Assembly: GCA_963785235.1 (NCBI GenBank)
Contig: CAWAUM010000011.1
Span: 233,724 to 297,723 of the forward strand
Direction: 5' to 3'
Source: an uncultured delta proteobacterium
Lineage (GTDB): Bacteria; Desulfobacterota; Desulfomonilia; UBA1062
Length of the DNA stretch: 64,000 nucleotides
A program made the position numbers and the translations under genes. Under the pieces are notes generated by a model, which saw only the letters and a program-made list of their open reading frames with translations, searched no databases and was not told the DNA's origin. Below, one piece after another: positions 41,823 to 50,180 of the stretch. Numbering within the stretch: the stretch's first letter is position 1; the number at the start of each line of letters is the position of its first letter.

Positions 41823-43437
41823 CTACTGGGCCAGGATAATCGGTTCAAGCAGGATAACCAGCTCTGCGGTCTCAACGCTTTTTATCTGCTGGCTGAAGAG
41901 GTATCCAATACCGGGGATACTGCCCAGTATGGGTATACTCGTATTTTCCTGTTTCAGATTCTTGCTGATAAGCCCACCTAAGGCAATAATGTTTCCGCTT
42001 TTAACACGGATCTGGGTGGTGGCCTCTTCAAGCTGCACTGTGGGCAGCGTATAGACATTACCGCTGATGTCGCGTTCTTCAAGCTTCACTATCCGGCTCT
42101 TGATGGGGGTGATGCTCAGGTTTATCGAACCGGTATCCAGGTCGATATTGGGCACGACACCCAGCATGATGCCATCGAAGATAGAACCCACGGTCACCTC
42201 TGGTGTAGTGATTGTCGGGCCACCTTCTGTGGAAGTGGTTGTGAGCTTGATCTCCTGGATATATGAGGTGTTCGTGCCCACACTGATCAGCGCCGGCTGT
42301 CCGTTGGTCACCCTTATCCGGGGATTCGAGAGGACCTTTATGTCTCCGAATTCCTGCAGGGCGTTCATGGCTGCATTAAAGCCGTGAACGTCCGATTGTG
42401 CCTGGATCACCAGGGCAGGGGTGAGGTTAGTCGTTGAGAGCGCAAGGTTCTGCTGGATCGGATTGAAGACGATATCATTGATACTGAGGTGGGTGCTGGT
42501 CCAATCGATGCCGTACTGGCTTTTATCCTTCAGCGCGACCTCAATGATCTTTGCCGTGATGAGGATCTGTGAATTATAATAGGCCTTGATGGTCTTGATG
42601 TAGGCATCGATACGATCTATGGCGTCTCTCCTGTCATTTACCTCAAGGAAACCCAAGGCCCTGTTGAGGGAATACGACCCATCGCGGGTCAGGGTTGACT
42701 TCACATGATCCTCGATCTGTGTGCAGATGTCGCTGGTTGCTACAGGGATGGTGTCCTTGATGGAAAATTCACCGCTCAGGCCGTTATCACTTGATCCGCC
42801 ACTTGATCCGCCACCTGAGCCGCCACTTGAGGAGCCCGAAGAAGAACTGCTTGTAGAGCTGCTGATAACATCTCCTCCCACAGACATGGTGGTCTGTTTC
42901 TGGGAAGACAGGAAATTAAGGTGATAGGTTCTTGAGTCAGTACCCTTTACAGACAGTGCGCGTCCGTCCACCTTATAGAAAATGTGCAGTGCAGATGCTA
43001 CGTTCTCCAGGGCCTCTTCCAGTGGCGTCCTGTTAAATGCAATGGATACGGGCGGTAGAATAATGGGACCTTTGGCTGTTTGTTTATCTTTGGCCGCATC
43101 AGCTGTTTCTTCGGATAGATCGGTGCCGGTGCCCGCCTTAAGGCGTGAGTCAACCACCAGGTCCAGTCCCGCCCTTTCCGCAACGGCTGCAAATACATCG
43201 GTGAAAGCGGCATTGCTTGCGTTAAGGGTTATGGTCTTGCCTTTCAATGGATTCAGCTTGGCCACCTTTGCTTTGGGCAAAAGACTCTAAAGGTTTTGCC
43301 GCCTCAAGAGGTGTTGCAGCTTCCTTTTCTTTTTCAATGGAGAAATCCTCTTTCTTCATCAATTTGTCTGTGGTGCATCCGGAAAGGAAGACGCAACAGA
43401 TAACCGTGAGTAGTGAATACCTAATAAACTTTAACAT
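41823..43437 (-). CDS. Secretin (GspD/PilQ family) lipoprotein of a second T2SS/T4P-like system; apparent frameshift near 43250
   Basis: The C-terminal secretin domain is GQPALISVG...TSIPILGSIPGIGYLFSQ...AELVILLEPIIL. A Gly/Ser linker follows. The N-terminal lipoprotein signal (VFLSGC) is in the separate ORF 43222-43437. Confidence 0.75.
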
Positions 43438-43870
43438 GAAGGGTCTCCCTGGTACCGTTTTTGTTAGTAGTGATCACCTGGTCCGGTCCAATGGATGATA
43501 TTTGAAAGCTTTGTGTCTTGTCGCCAAGGCGCATTTTCTTTCCATTGATGATACAATAGCTTTGAGAACCTGCCTCAACAATCATACTTACCCTGACCGG
43601 TTCTGCTTCGGCCTTAACAGGAGGGTTTCCATATAAGGCATCCAAAGGCATGGTCCACTCGTGGCGAAAGACATCCCGGATGTCTTTGGCTGCAAGATCG
43701 GAATCGTCTTTAAGGGTGAAGATGCTCAGTTTATCAACATAGGTGAGGAACTCAGGTTGCTCGAGAGTAATGTTTTTGTTTTCGCGAAAAACATATGGAA
43801 CTGCGATGCACAATATAAGCGCAATGAGGGGCAGCATAAAGATCAGGATGAGGTTTTTGTCCAACTTCAT
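43421..43870 (-). CDS. PilP/GspC-like secretin-interacting protein (single TM + C-terminal beta domain)
   Basis: 149 aa with an N-terminal TM helix. The C-terminal IINGKKMRLGDKTQSFQISSIGPDQVI resembles the PilP/GspC homology region. It lies immediately upstream of the secretin. Confidence 0.45.
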   Translation of the reverse strand: MKLDKNLILIFMLPLIALILCIAVPYVFRENKNITLEQPEFLTYVDKLSIFTLKDDSDLAAKDIRDVFRHEWTMPLDALYGNPPVKAEAEPVRVSMIVEAGSQSYCIINGKKMRLGDKTQSFQISSIGPDQVITTNKNGTRETLHVKVY

Positions 43871-44281
43871 TCAGTTCCCGCCCCCAAGCTTGAAGCCTTT
43901 CATGCTGACCGTGATACCTGATGAAGTGCTTGTAACAATTGCCTTTTCAAGAAAGAACATGTCTTGTGCATAGGTCGAGGCAACCTCGGAAAACAGTTTT
44001 TTTACATCGTGGTCCGTCAGGGTGATTTCATAGTCCACGTTGATACCCCGTTCATGGGAAAGGGTGATCAGTTTGGCGCTGTATGCCTTGATGGACTCGA
44101 TCTTTTTTACATATTGTTTACGCTGCTCACTGGTCGCCAGGATCGCTCCCAGCTTGGCCTGGTTGAAGGTTATCTCCCTTGCTGCATGTACGTAATAGGC
44201 AAAGCCGGATATAACCAGCACGGCGCTGATGATGCCCATTATCAGGGCGAGGCGATAATACCTCATGGTTTTATCTCGCAA
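43871..44281 (-). CDS. GspM/PilO-like bitopic inner-membrane assembly protein
   Basis: 136 aa with a single TM helix after a short cytoplasmic N-terminus and a periplasmic alpha/beta domain. Its position between the GspL-like and GspC-like genes supports the call. Confidence 0.4.
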   Translation of the reverse strand: MRDKTMRYYRLALIMGIISAVLVISGFAYYVHAAREITFNQAKLGAILATSEQRKQYVKKIESIKAYSAKLITLSHERGINVDYEITLTDHDVKKLFSEVASTYAQDMFFLEKAIVTSTSSGITVSMKGFKLGGGN

Positions 44282-45699
44282 TTCAGGCTGAATTCAGCAA
44301 GCTGTTCCTTGTGGTTGTAAGCGGCCTTTGAGACGGGAAAGACCTCCTGCATGGTCATGATGAAAGATGAGAAGATCTCTTTGGATTTCGGGTAGGGAGA
44401 GTTGATGATGCCTTCTATTGCTATCCCGAATGAATTTGCATGAGATGTGCGATGAGCTTCTGCAGCGACAGGCATGGCCCTGCCCTTGGGAATGTCTTCC
44501 TGCAGGGAGGACCTGTTGACCTCGATCCTTGTAATGAAGACATTGGCCGGTACTCCCTGGGTTATGGTTTGTACAATTGATTGCAACTTGGGCTCAGCCT
44601 GGAAATCTTTATAGGTATCGACGATGGTGTTGATATTCGTCAGGTCAAGATTTTTGCTCAGGGATGTATAATCGTCTTCAAGCTCTTTGAGCTGCTTGGA
44701 GCTCTTATAAATTGCCGAATTGGTCCTCTTCTCCAAGGCCTCGGCCTTTGTGGTGTTGCTCCACCCCAATGCAAAAAACACAAAGGCCATCAGGATCATT
44801 ACCAATGATATGGCGCAAGAGATTTTTGCATATCCCACAATCCTTCTGGTCCGGTGCAGTTTTTCAGGGGTGAAGTCATAGCAGGGTTTCATGGCGGTTC
44901 CGAAGAGCACGATTGCAGCGGCGTCCGGATCTCCGGTTTCACTCAGGCTGAAAGGGACTGTATGGATGTTATGCTTTTCGAGATCGGATATATTGATCTC
45001 TCCTTGTCCTATATAGTAGATCTTCTGGACCTTTTCCTGGTTGGAGCTCTGCAGCATGGAGGTCATTTCCCGAATGCCGGAAACCGTATCGGCCTGGGCA
45101 TCGAAGGACTCGGCATAGTTAACGGTTATGAGGTAATAGATGATCCCGGATTTTGCGCCGATGATCCGGATGAAACGGGTGTCTTCATAGACGATGATCA
45201 CCATGTTTTTGTCAATGGAACCCACTGCCGAGGCGATGGATGACTCGATGGGGCAGAACATGTCCACAAGGGCCTCATCCTCGTCAATGAGATCGGTCCT
45301 GGTCAGTTCATTTGAAGGGATGGCCAGGTAGGAATACCTGCCCTTGAGGTTGTCTATATCCTGAATCTTGGCAAAGGCGACATGGTAAGTGTCCTTGAAG
45401 AGACCGAGTTTATCAATGGTAGATCGGATATGGGCTGTTGTGGCCTCCTTGCTGATACGGGAAAACTCACCCACATCCGAGTAGATGCCTCTGGATGAGA
45501 AGCATATGGACATGCCGGGCGCCTTGCGCGAGATGTCTGTCAATGAAGTGGAATCGACCTTCTTCATGTCTTTAAGGACGATCTTCTGTCCGGCGCCGGA
45601 ATAGGATGCAATGCAATGCTCCTCTTCGCCCAGGATAACGGCAATGCCCTTTTTCGGCCCCATTTTCATCGAGATAAATTTAGTCAATATGTCATTCAT
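44263..45699 (-). CDS. GspL-like / PilM-PilN fusion-like assembly protein (cytoplasmic actin-like domain, TM, periplasmic domain)
   Basis: 478 aa with one central TM helix (AISLVMILMAFVFFALGW), a cytoplasmic domain of about 290 aa before it and a periplasmic domain of about 160 aa after it. The architecture matches GspL. Confidence 0.45.
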   Translation of the reverse strand: MNDILTKFISMKMGPKKGIAVILGEEEHCIASYSGAGQKIVLKDMKKVDSTSLTDISRKAPGMSICFSSRGIYSDVGEFSRISKEATTAHIRSTIDKLGLFKDTYHVAFAKIQDIDNLKGRYSYLAIPSNELTRTDLIDEDEALVDMFCPIESSIASAVGSIDKNMVIIVYEDTRFIRIIGAKSGIIYYLITVNYAESFDAQADTVSGIREMTSMLQSSNQEKVQKIYYIGQGEINISDLEKHNIHTVPFSLSETGDPDAAAIVLFGTAMKPCYDFTPEKLHRTRRIVGYAKISCAISLVMILMAFVFFALGWSNTTKAEALEKRTNSAIYKSSKQLKELEDDYTSLSKNLDLTNINTIVDTYKDFQAEPKLQSIVQTITQGVPANVFITRIEVNRSSLQEDIPKGRAMPVAAEAHRTSHANSFGIAIEGIINSPYPKSKEIFSSFIMTMQEVFPVSKAAYNHKEQLAEFSLNCEIKP

Positions 45700-45773
45700 A
45701 TTTGTGAGTGTAGAGGATAAACCTCTCCACTTACTATGTTCTCGGAATTACGATTTGGTTTCTTTAGGATATT

Positions 45774-46412
45774 TTAAGGGAGTAATCCATGGAGATACGT
45801 GAGGCTCACAGTCTCGAGGATATCATCATAATTTGAGTTTATTAATGCAGAAGGAGAGGCGAATTGGTTATTATCACTGTTCGTGATACGCCCATCTCCG
45901 GTGTCGTCATTGGGAGTGTCTGCCCGCAGGTTTTCTCCCCCGGAAAGAACGACAAAGGCCACCTTCATGTTTCCATTGTCACAGAAGAGATCCGGAGCTG
46001 TTGTTCCATTGATAAGCTGACCGATTGTTGTTTTAAGCGTGGCGGGCGTAGTTGAGGTCAGATGTGATTCAACGGAATAAAAGAGGGTGGTCTGATAAGG
46101 GTCCTTGCCATTGATGCCGAGCGTTACCCAGGGCAGATAGCCATTTAGTCTGTTAGTAGTTTCAGCCCCATTGATGTTAGCGCTGGCAAACGGCAACCTT
46201 CCTGTGGCCAGGGCATACCCGATGATGGCGGTCCTGACTTCTTTGACAAACATCCGGTCATCCTTCAACTTGTTCTGCTTGATCAGCATGGGGAGGAGTT
46301 GTGCGCCAAGTCCCACAAGGATGCCGACTATCACGAGCACAAAGGCCATCTCGATGAGGGTAAACCCCTTTCGTGAAAAAGGCTTGCTCAGGCAGCAGCC
46401 TCTCCTTGTCAT
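45774..46412 (-). CDS. Prepilin-type N-terminal cleavage/methylation domain protein (pseudopilin)
   Basis: The class-III signal is SRKG|FTLIEMAFVLVIVGILVGLG, with E at +5. The likely start is MTRRG at 46412. The track ORF starts further upstream. Confidence 0.7.
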   Translation of the reverse strand: MTRRGCCLSKPFSRKGFTLIEMAFVLVIVGILVGLGAQLLPMLIKQNKLKDDRMFVKEVRTAIIGYALATGRLPFASANINGAETTNRLNGYLPWVTLGINGKDPYQTTLFYSVESHLTSTTPATLKTTIGQLINGTTAPDLFCDNGNMKVAFVVLSGGENLRADTPNDDTGDGRITNSDNNQFASPSALINSNYDDILETVSLTYLHGLLP

Positions 46413-46428
46413 AAGGTCATTGTTCACC

Positions 46429-47643
46429 CTAGCCACCCCCAAGCTTGGACATGAGGTCGTAAACCGGACCGATAAGGGAAATGACGATGAAGACGAAGAT
46501 GCCGCCCGTTATGACTATGGCAATGGGCTCAATCATCTTGCCCAAGATGTCTACAAAACGCGATGTCTTCAATTCGTAGGTATCTGCAAGATATTTCAGC
46601 CTCTGATCCAGGGTACCGGTCTTCTCGCCCACGCTGACCATCTTCAACGTGATGGCATCAAAGAATTTCGTTACAGTGAAGGCCGTCAGCAACGAATTGC
46701 CCATGTTGGTTTCATTACGTATACGTATGATGACCGAGCGGATGAGGTCGTTGTGAAAGACCTTTTCAAGGATATCAAGCGCTTTTGTAAGTGTCACGCC
46801 GGACTGAAGCATGAGGGACATATTCGAGAATACCAGGGTAAGGGTTGAGCATTTCAGCAGATCGCCCACCACGGGAAGACTGAAGGCAACACGGCTCAGC
46901 ATCAATCGTGTTCTAGGAATTTTTCCCAGAATGACAAACCCTATGGTAATCAATCCGAGTGCAATGGGGTATAGCAACCAGTTATCTTTGGAGAATTGGA
47001 CGAAATTGACAAGGCTCAACGTGATATTGGGGAGCTGGACATTGATCTCCTTGAAGGTTGAAACAAGGCGGGGCAGCACGAAAAAGAGCCAGAAGATGAT
47101 GACGCACAGCATGGCAGCCACCACGAAGCCCGGATAGATCAGCGCCCTCTTCACCTGGGAAACAATACTGTCCACCTTTTTTAAATAATTCGCGGTATTG
47201 TCCAGGGCTGTTTGAATGGTACCGGTCTCTTCTCCGATATGGCAGAAAAATATGAGCATCTCGGGAAACACCTCGGGCCGGCGTGAAAATGCCCCTGATA
47301 AAGACTCTCCCTGGGCAATGCCCCCGATGACCTCATCGATTGCATCTCGCAGGCGTTTTACCCTGATGGTTTCCTTGATGCTTTCCATGGATTCCAGTAG
47401 GGGCAGGCCGCTGCCGAGCATGGAGGCAAGGGATTCACAGAATTCCGCTATCTCGATCTTCTTAACTGCCGGCTGGGTAAGGGTCTTGATGGTTTCAATT
47501 ATCTGATACCTCTGTTCGCTGTAACGGATAAGCGTCATTTCCTGAGAGGAAAGGTTCTCCATCAGATCCCGGATGCCCTCGAAATCGCCCTTGGAGGCAA
47601 AGATTGTTCCGTCTTTCTTCAGGGCATTGTACGAAAGGATCAT
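46429..47643 (-). CDS. gspF: T2SS/T4P inner-membrane platform protein (GspF/PilC family)
   Basis: 404 aa with a duplicated T2SSF domain and three TM segments. Confidence 0.85.
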   Translation of the reverse strand: MILSYNALKKDGTIFASKGDFEGIRDLMENLSSQEMTLIRYSEQRYQIIETIKTLTQPAVKKIEIAEFCESLASMLGSGLPLLESMESIKETIRVKRLRDAIDEVIGGIAQGESLSGAFSRRPEVFPEMLIFFCHIGEETGTIQTALDNTANYLKKVDSIVSQVKRALIYPGFVVAAMLCVIIFWLFFVLPRLVSTFKEINVQLPNITLSLVNFVQFSKDNWLLYPIALGLITIGFVILGKIPRTRLMLSRVAFSLPVVGDLLKCSTLTLVFSNMSLMLQSGVTLTKALDILEKVFHNDLIRSVIIRIRNETNMGNSLLTAFTVTKFFDAITLKMVSVGEKTGTLDQRLKYLADTYELKTSRFVDILGKMIEPIAIVITGGIFVFIVISLIGPVYDLMSKLGGG

Positions 47644-49277
47644 TACCGCAAAACCCTCCAGATCTCTGCGAAGCTTGTCGTACCGTTAAGTATCTTGCGG
47701 ATGCCGTCACCCCGGAGCGTTACCATGCCTTCTTCCACAGCCTTGTCTTTGATCTCGAAGGGGTGTGACCCCACAGAGATGAGGCGCTCGATCTCTTTGG
47801 ATATAACCAGGATTTCCGCCACCATGATCCGGCCCAGGTAGCCGGTCTTTATGCACCTGGGGCATCCTACCGGGGCATACAGGGTTGTCCCTTTCTGGAT
47901 GCCGAATACACGGTGCTCTTCGTCGCCTGAATCATATGGCTGCTTGCAGCTCGGACAGAGTGCCCGGACGAGCCGCTGCGCTATGACGCAGATGAGTGAT
48001 GATGATATCATATAGTCCCTCATGCCAAGGTCTTTGAGCCTGGGTACGGCTCCGGAGGCATCGTTGGCATGCACCGTGGAAAGGACAAGGTGCCCTGTCT
48101 GCGCAGCGCGGAGCGCCATGGTCGCCGTATCGCCGTCCCGTATCTCACCGATAAGGATGACATCAGGGTCCTGCCGTAAAAAGGCCCTGACCGCGCTTGA
48201 GAAGATATACCCGGACTTCTCGTTAACCTGGGTCTGGCGGATCAGCGGGAACTGGTACTCAATGGGGTCTTCAACGGTCACGATATTTTTTTCAATGGAG
48301 CTGATCTCCCGCAAGGCCGCATATAAGGTTGTAGTTTTTCCTGACCCTGTGGGGCCGGAGACTAAGACCATGCCGTAGGGCTTGTGCAGAAGATCCCTGA
48401 GCTGGGTAATATCATCAGGATCCAGGCCAAGGCTCCGGATGTTATACAACTCCTCCGAGGAAGCCAGGATGCGCATGACCATGTTTTCCCCATTGGTAAC
48501 CTTTAAGGTAGAGACACGGATGTCATAGTGCTCATTTAAAAAATCAAAGGAGAGCCTTCCATCCTGGGGTTTGCGCTGTTCCGAGATGTCCATCTCGGCC
48601 TTTACCTTGATGCTGGAGATAACCCTGGAGTGCACCTCGATGGGAAAGGAGTAAAACGGGTAGAGTATGCCGTCGATGCGGTAGTGGATCTGTGTTGTCT
48701 TGTTCGTGGGGGTTACGTGGATGTCCGTTGCACGGGAGTTGATGGCGGACATGATCAGCAGCCTCACCAGTTTTTCTGTATCCACGTCGTGCGGATTATA
48801 CTTGGAATGTTCGAGCTGCTGCTCGATCTCTTCTTCTATGGGGTGTTCCAGGAGGTAATAGTCTTTTTCAATGTGCTTCTGTATCTGCGATGGCGATGCA
48901 GCCACAAACCGGATGCGTTTTTTCGAGATGCGTGAGGCAAGGTCTGACAGTTTCGTATTATCCGGTTCGCTCGTGGCTATGGTCAAGGTAGTGTCCTCGA
49001 CACTTATGGGAAGCAGGGAGTTCTCGCGTGCAAATTGCACGGGTAAAGCAGAGAGCGCTTCTTTCTGTGGTGAGAAATGACGCAGCTCTACAAACTCGAT
49101 GCTGAACTGTTTTGCAATGGACTGGGCAAGTTCCGTCTGGGTGACAAGGCCAAGACGGATCAGGATATCGCCGACCCGTTCCTTGGTGGCACGCTGTTCT
49201 ATAAGGGCAAGGCCGATTTCCTTATCGCTGATGATCCCTTCATCTTTGAGAAGATCACCAATGCGTTTTTTCTCCAT
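47643..49277 (-). CDS. gspE: T2SS/T4P assembly ATPase (GspE/MshE family) with N-terminal tandem MshEN-type c-di-GMP-binding motifs
   Basis: Walker A is GPTGSGKTT. Asp box, Walker B and His box are present. The tetracysteine is CPSC...CPRC. The N-terminus has RIGDLLKDEGIISDKEIGLALIEQ and RVGDILIRLGLVTQTELAQSIAKQ, each matching RLGxxLxxxGxIxxxxLxxALxxQ. Confidence 0.9.
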   Translation of the reverse strand: MEKKRIGDLLKDEGIISDKEIGLALIEQRATKERVGDILIRLGLVTQTELAQSIAKQFSIEFVELRHFSPQKEALSALPVQFARENSLLPISVEDTTLTIATSEPDNTKLSDLASRISKKRIRFVAASPSQIQKHIEKDYYLLEHPIEEEIEQQLEHSKYNPHDVDTEKLVRLLIMSAINSRATDIHVTPTNKTTQIHYRIDGILYPFYSFPIEVHSRVISSIKVKAEMDISEQRKPQDGRLSFDFLNEHYDIRVSTLKVTNGENMVMRILASSEELYNIRSLGLDPDDITQLRDLLHKPYGMVLVSGPTGSGKTTTLYAALREISSIEKNIVTVEDPIEYQFPLIRQTQVNEKSGYIFSSAVRAFLRQDPDVILIGEIRDGDTATMALRAAQTGHLVLSTVHANDASGAVPRLKDLGMRDYMISSSLICVIAQRLVRALCPSCKQPYDSGDEEHRVFGIQKGTTLYAPVGCPRCIKTGYLGRIMVAEILVISKEIERLISVGSHPFEIKDKAVEEGMVTLRGDGIRKILNGTTSFAEIWRVLR

Positions 49278-49466
49278 AAGACCCGTTCCCGCTCCTTAAG
49301 CAGTGCAAATTGAGAAATCACTCAAAGATATGTCCCTGCAAGAATCTCCTGTTGGAGAGTAGCCTTTCGGGTTTGTCTTCCACCTTCCTATCACGAGTGG
49401 GTGCATGATGTGTCATGCCCCAAACAACGCACGTGTGGGCCGGAAGACACCATCCTCGTGATACGG

Positions 49467-50060
49467 CTACATTCTCCAGTAGACAGTCTTAACCGTTGTT
49501 GCCGTATAAACAGTGTTGGCCCTCATGGTCCCTGTGTTGTAAACCGCGTCATCATATTTTCTGTCCATTTCCTGGGCAACCTCATAGGGGATCTGGGTGT
49601 ACACGATACAGTTCGCGTTCAGCGGTGTTGCAGACCCTGGGGGAGTAGCCAAATACTGGATGTAGGCCTGGCCTCCAAAGGGGTTTGTAGGGTAATCGTT
49701 AGCCGCTCCGGTATAGCCCCCGTTGATGATCTGTGCCAAGACGAGGTCCTGGAAGAGAACAGAGCGCTCGGTATTCGCATTGATCTGGCCGTTTCCTGCA
49801 GTCGCAGCAGGATCTGTATGGCCCTGTGTCGGGATATTAGCTACAGGTGCATCACCCGGATAATAGTTATACCTGTCATAATAGGTATAGAAGGCCGCGG
49901 TGAGTGAATCCTTCTGGTTGACTAACTTCTTGACCTTTGCATTCTGAATGAGGGCCTCGCCCTTGAGTACGCCTGTAATGAGCAAGCCGATGATCACCAA
50001 CACCAGTGCAAGTTCAACAAGGGTAAAGCCGCCTTTTTGTCGATTTCTAAACCGTTCCAT
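49467..50060 (-). CDS. Major (pseudo)pilin, GspG-like type IV pilin
   Basis: The prepilin leader is MERFRNRQKG|FTLVELALVLVIIGLL. The GspG-like region is NQKDSLTAAFYTYYDRYNYYPGD. Confidence 0.75.
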   Translation of the reverse strand: MERFRNRQKGGFTLVELALVLVIIGLLITGVLKGEALIQNAKVKKLVNQKDSLTAAFYTYYDRYNYYPGDAPVANIPTQGHTDPAATAGNGQINANTERSVLFQDLVLAQIINGGYTGAANDYPTNPFGGQAYIQYLATPPGSATPLNANCIVYTQIPYEVAQEMDRKYDDAVYNTGTMRANTVYTATTVKTVYWRM

Positions 50061-50180
50061 GCATACACCTCCTGATAGAGTAGCGCCTAGCTGTAAGCTC
50101 TAGTAAGCACCCAATCGGTATAATCCACATTCTTCTTTAGTAATTGCTCGATATGGCTTGAATTATGGAAAGGGAAGAGC

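Noticed and set aside
42740-42860. Possible CRISPR-like short tandem repeats
   Set aside because: The repeats are 12-nt, contiguous and without spacers. They encode a Gly/Ser linker inside the secretin gene, so this is not a CRISPR array.
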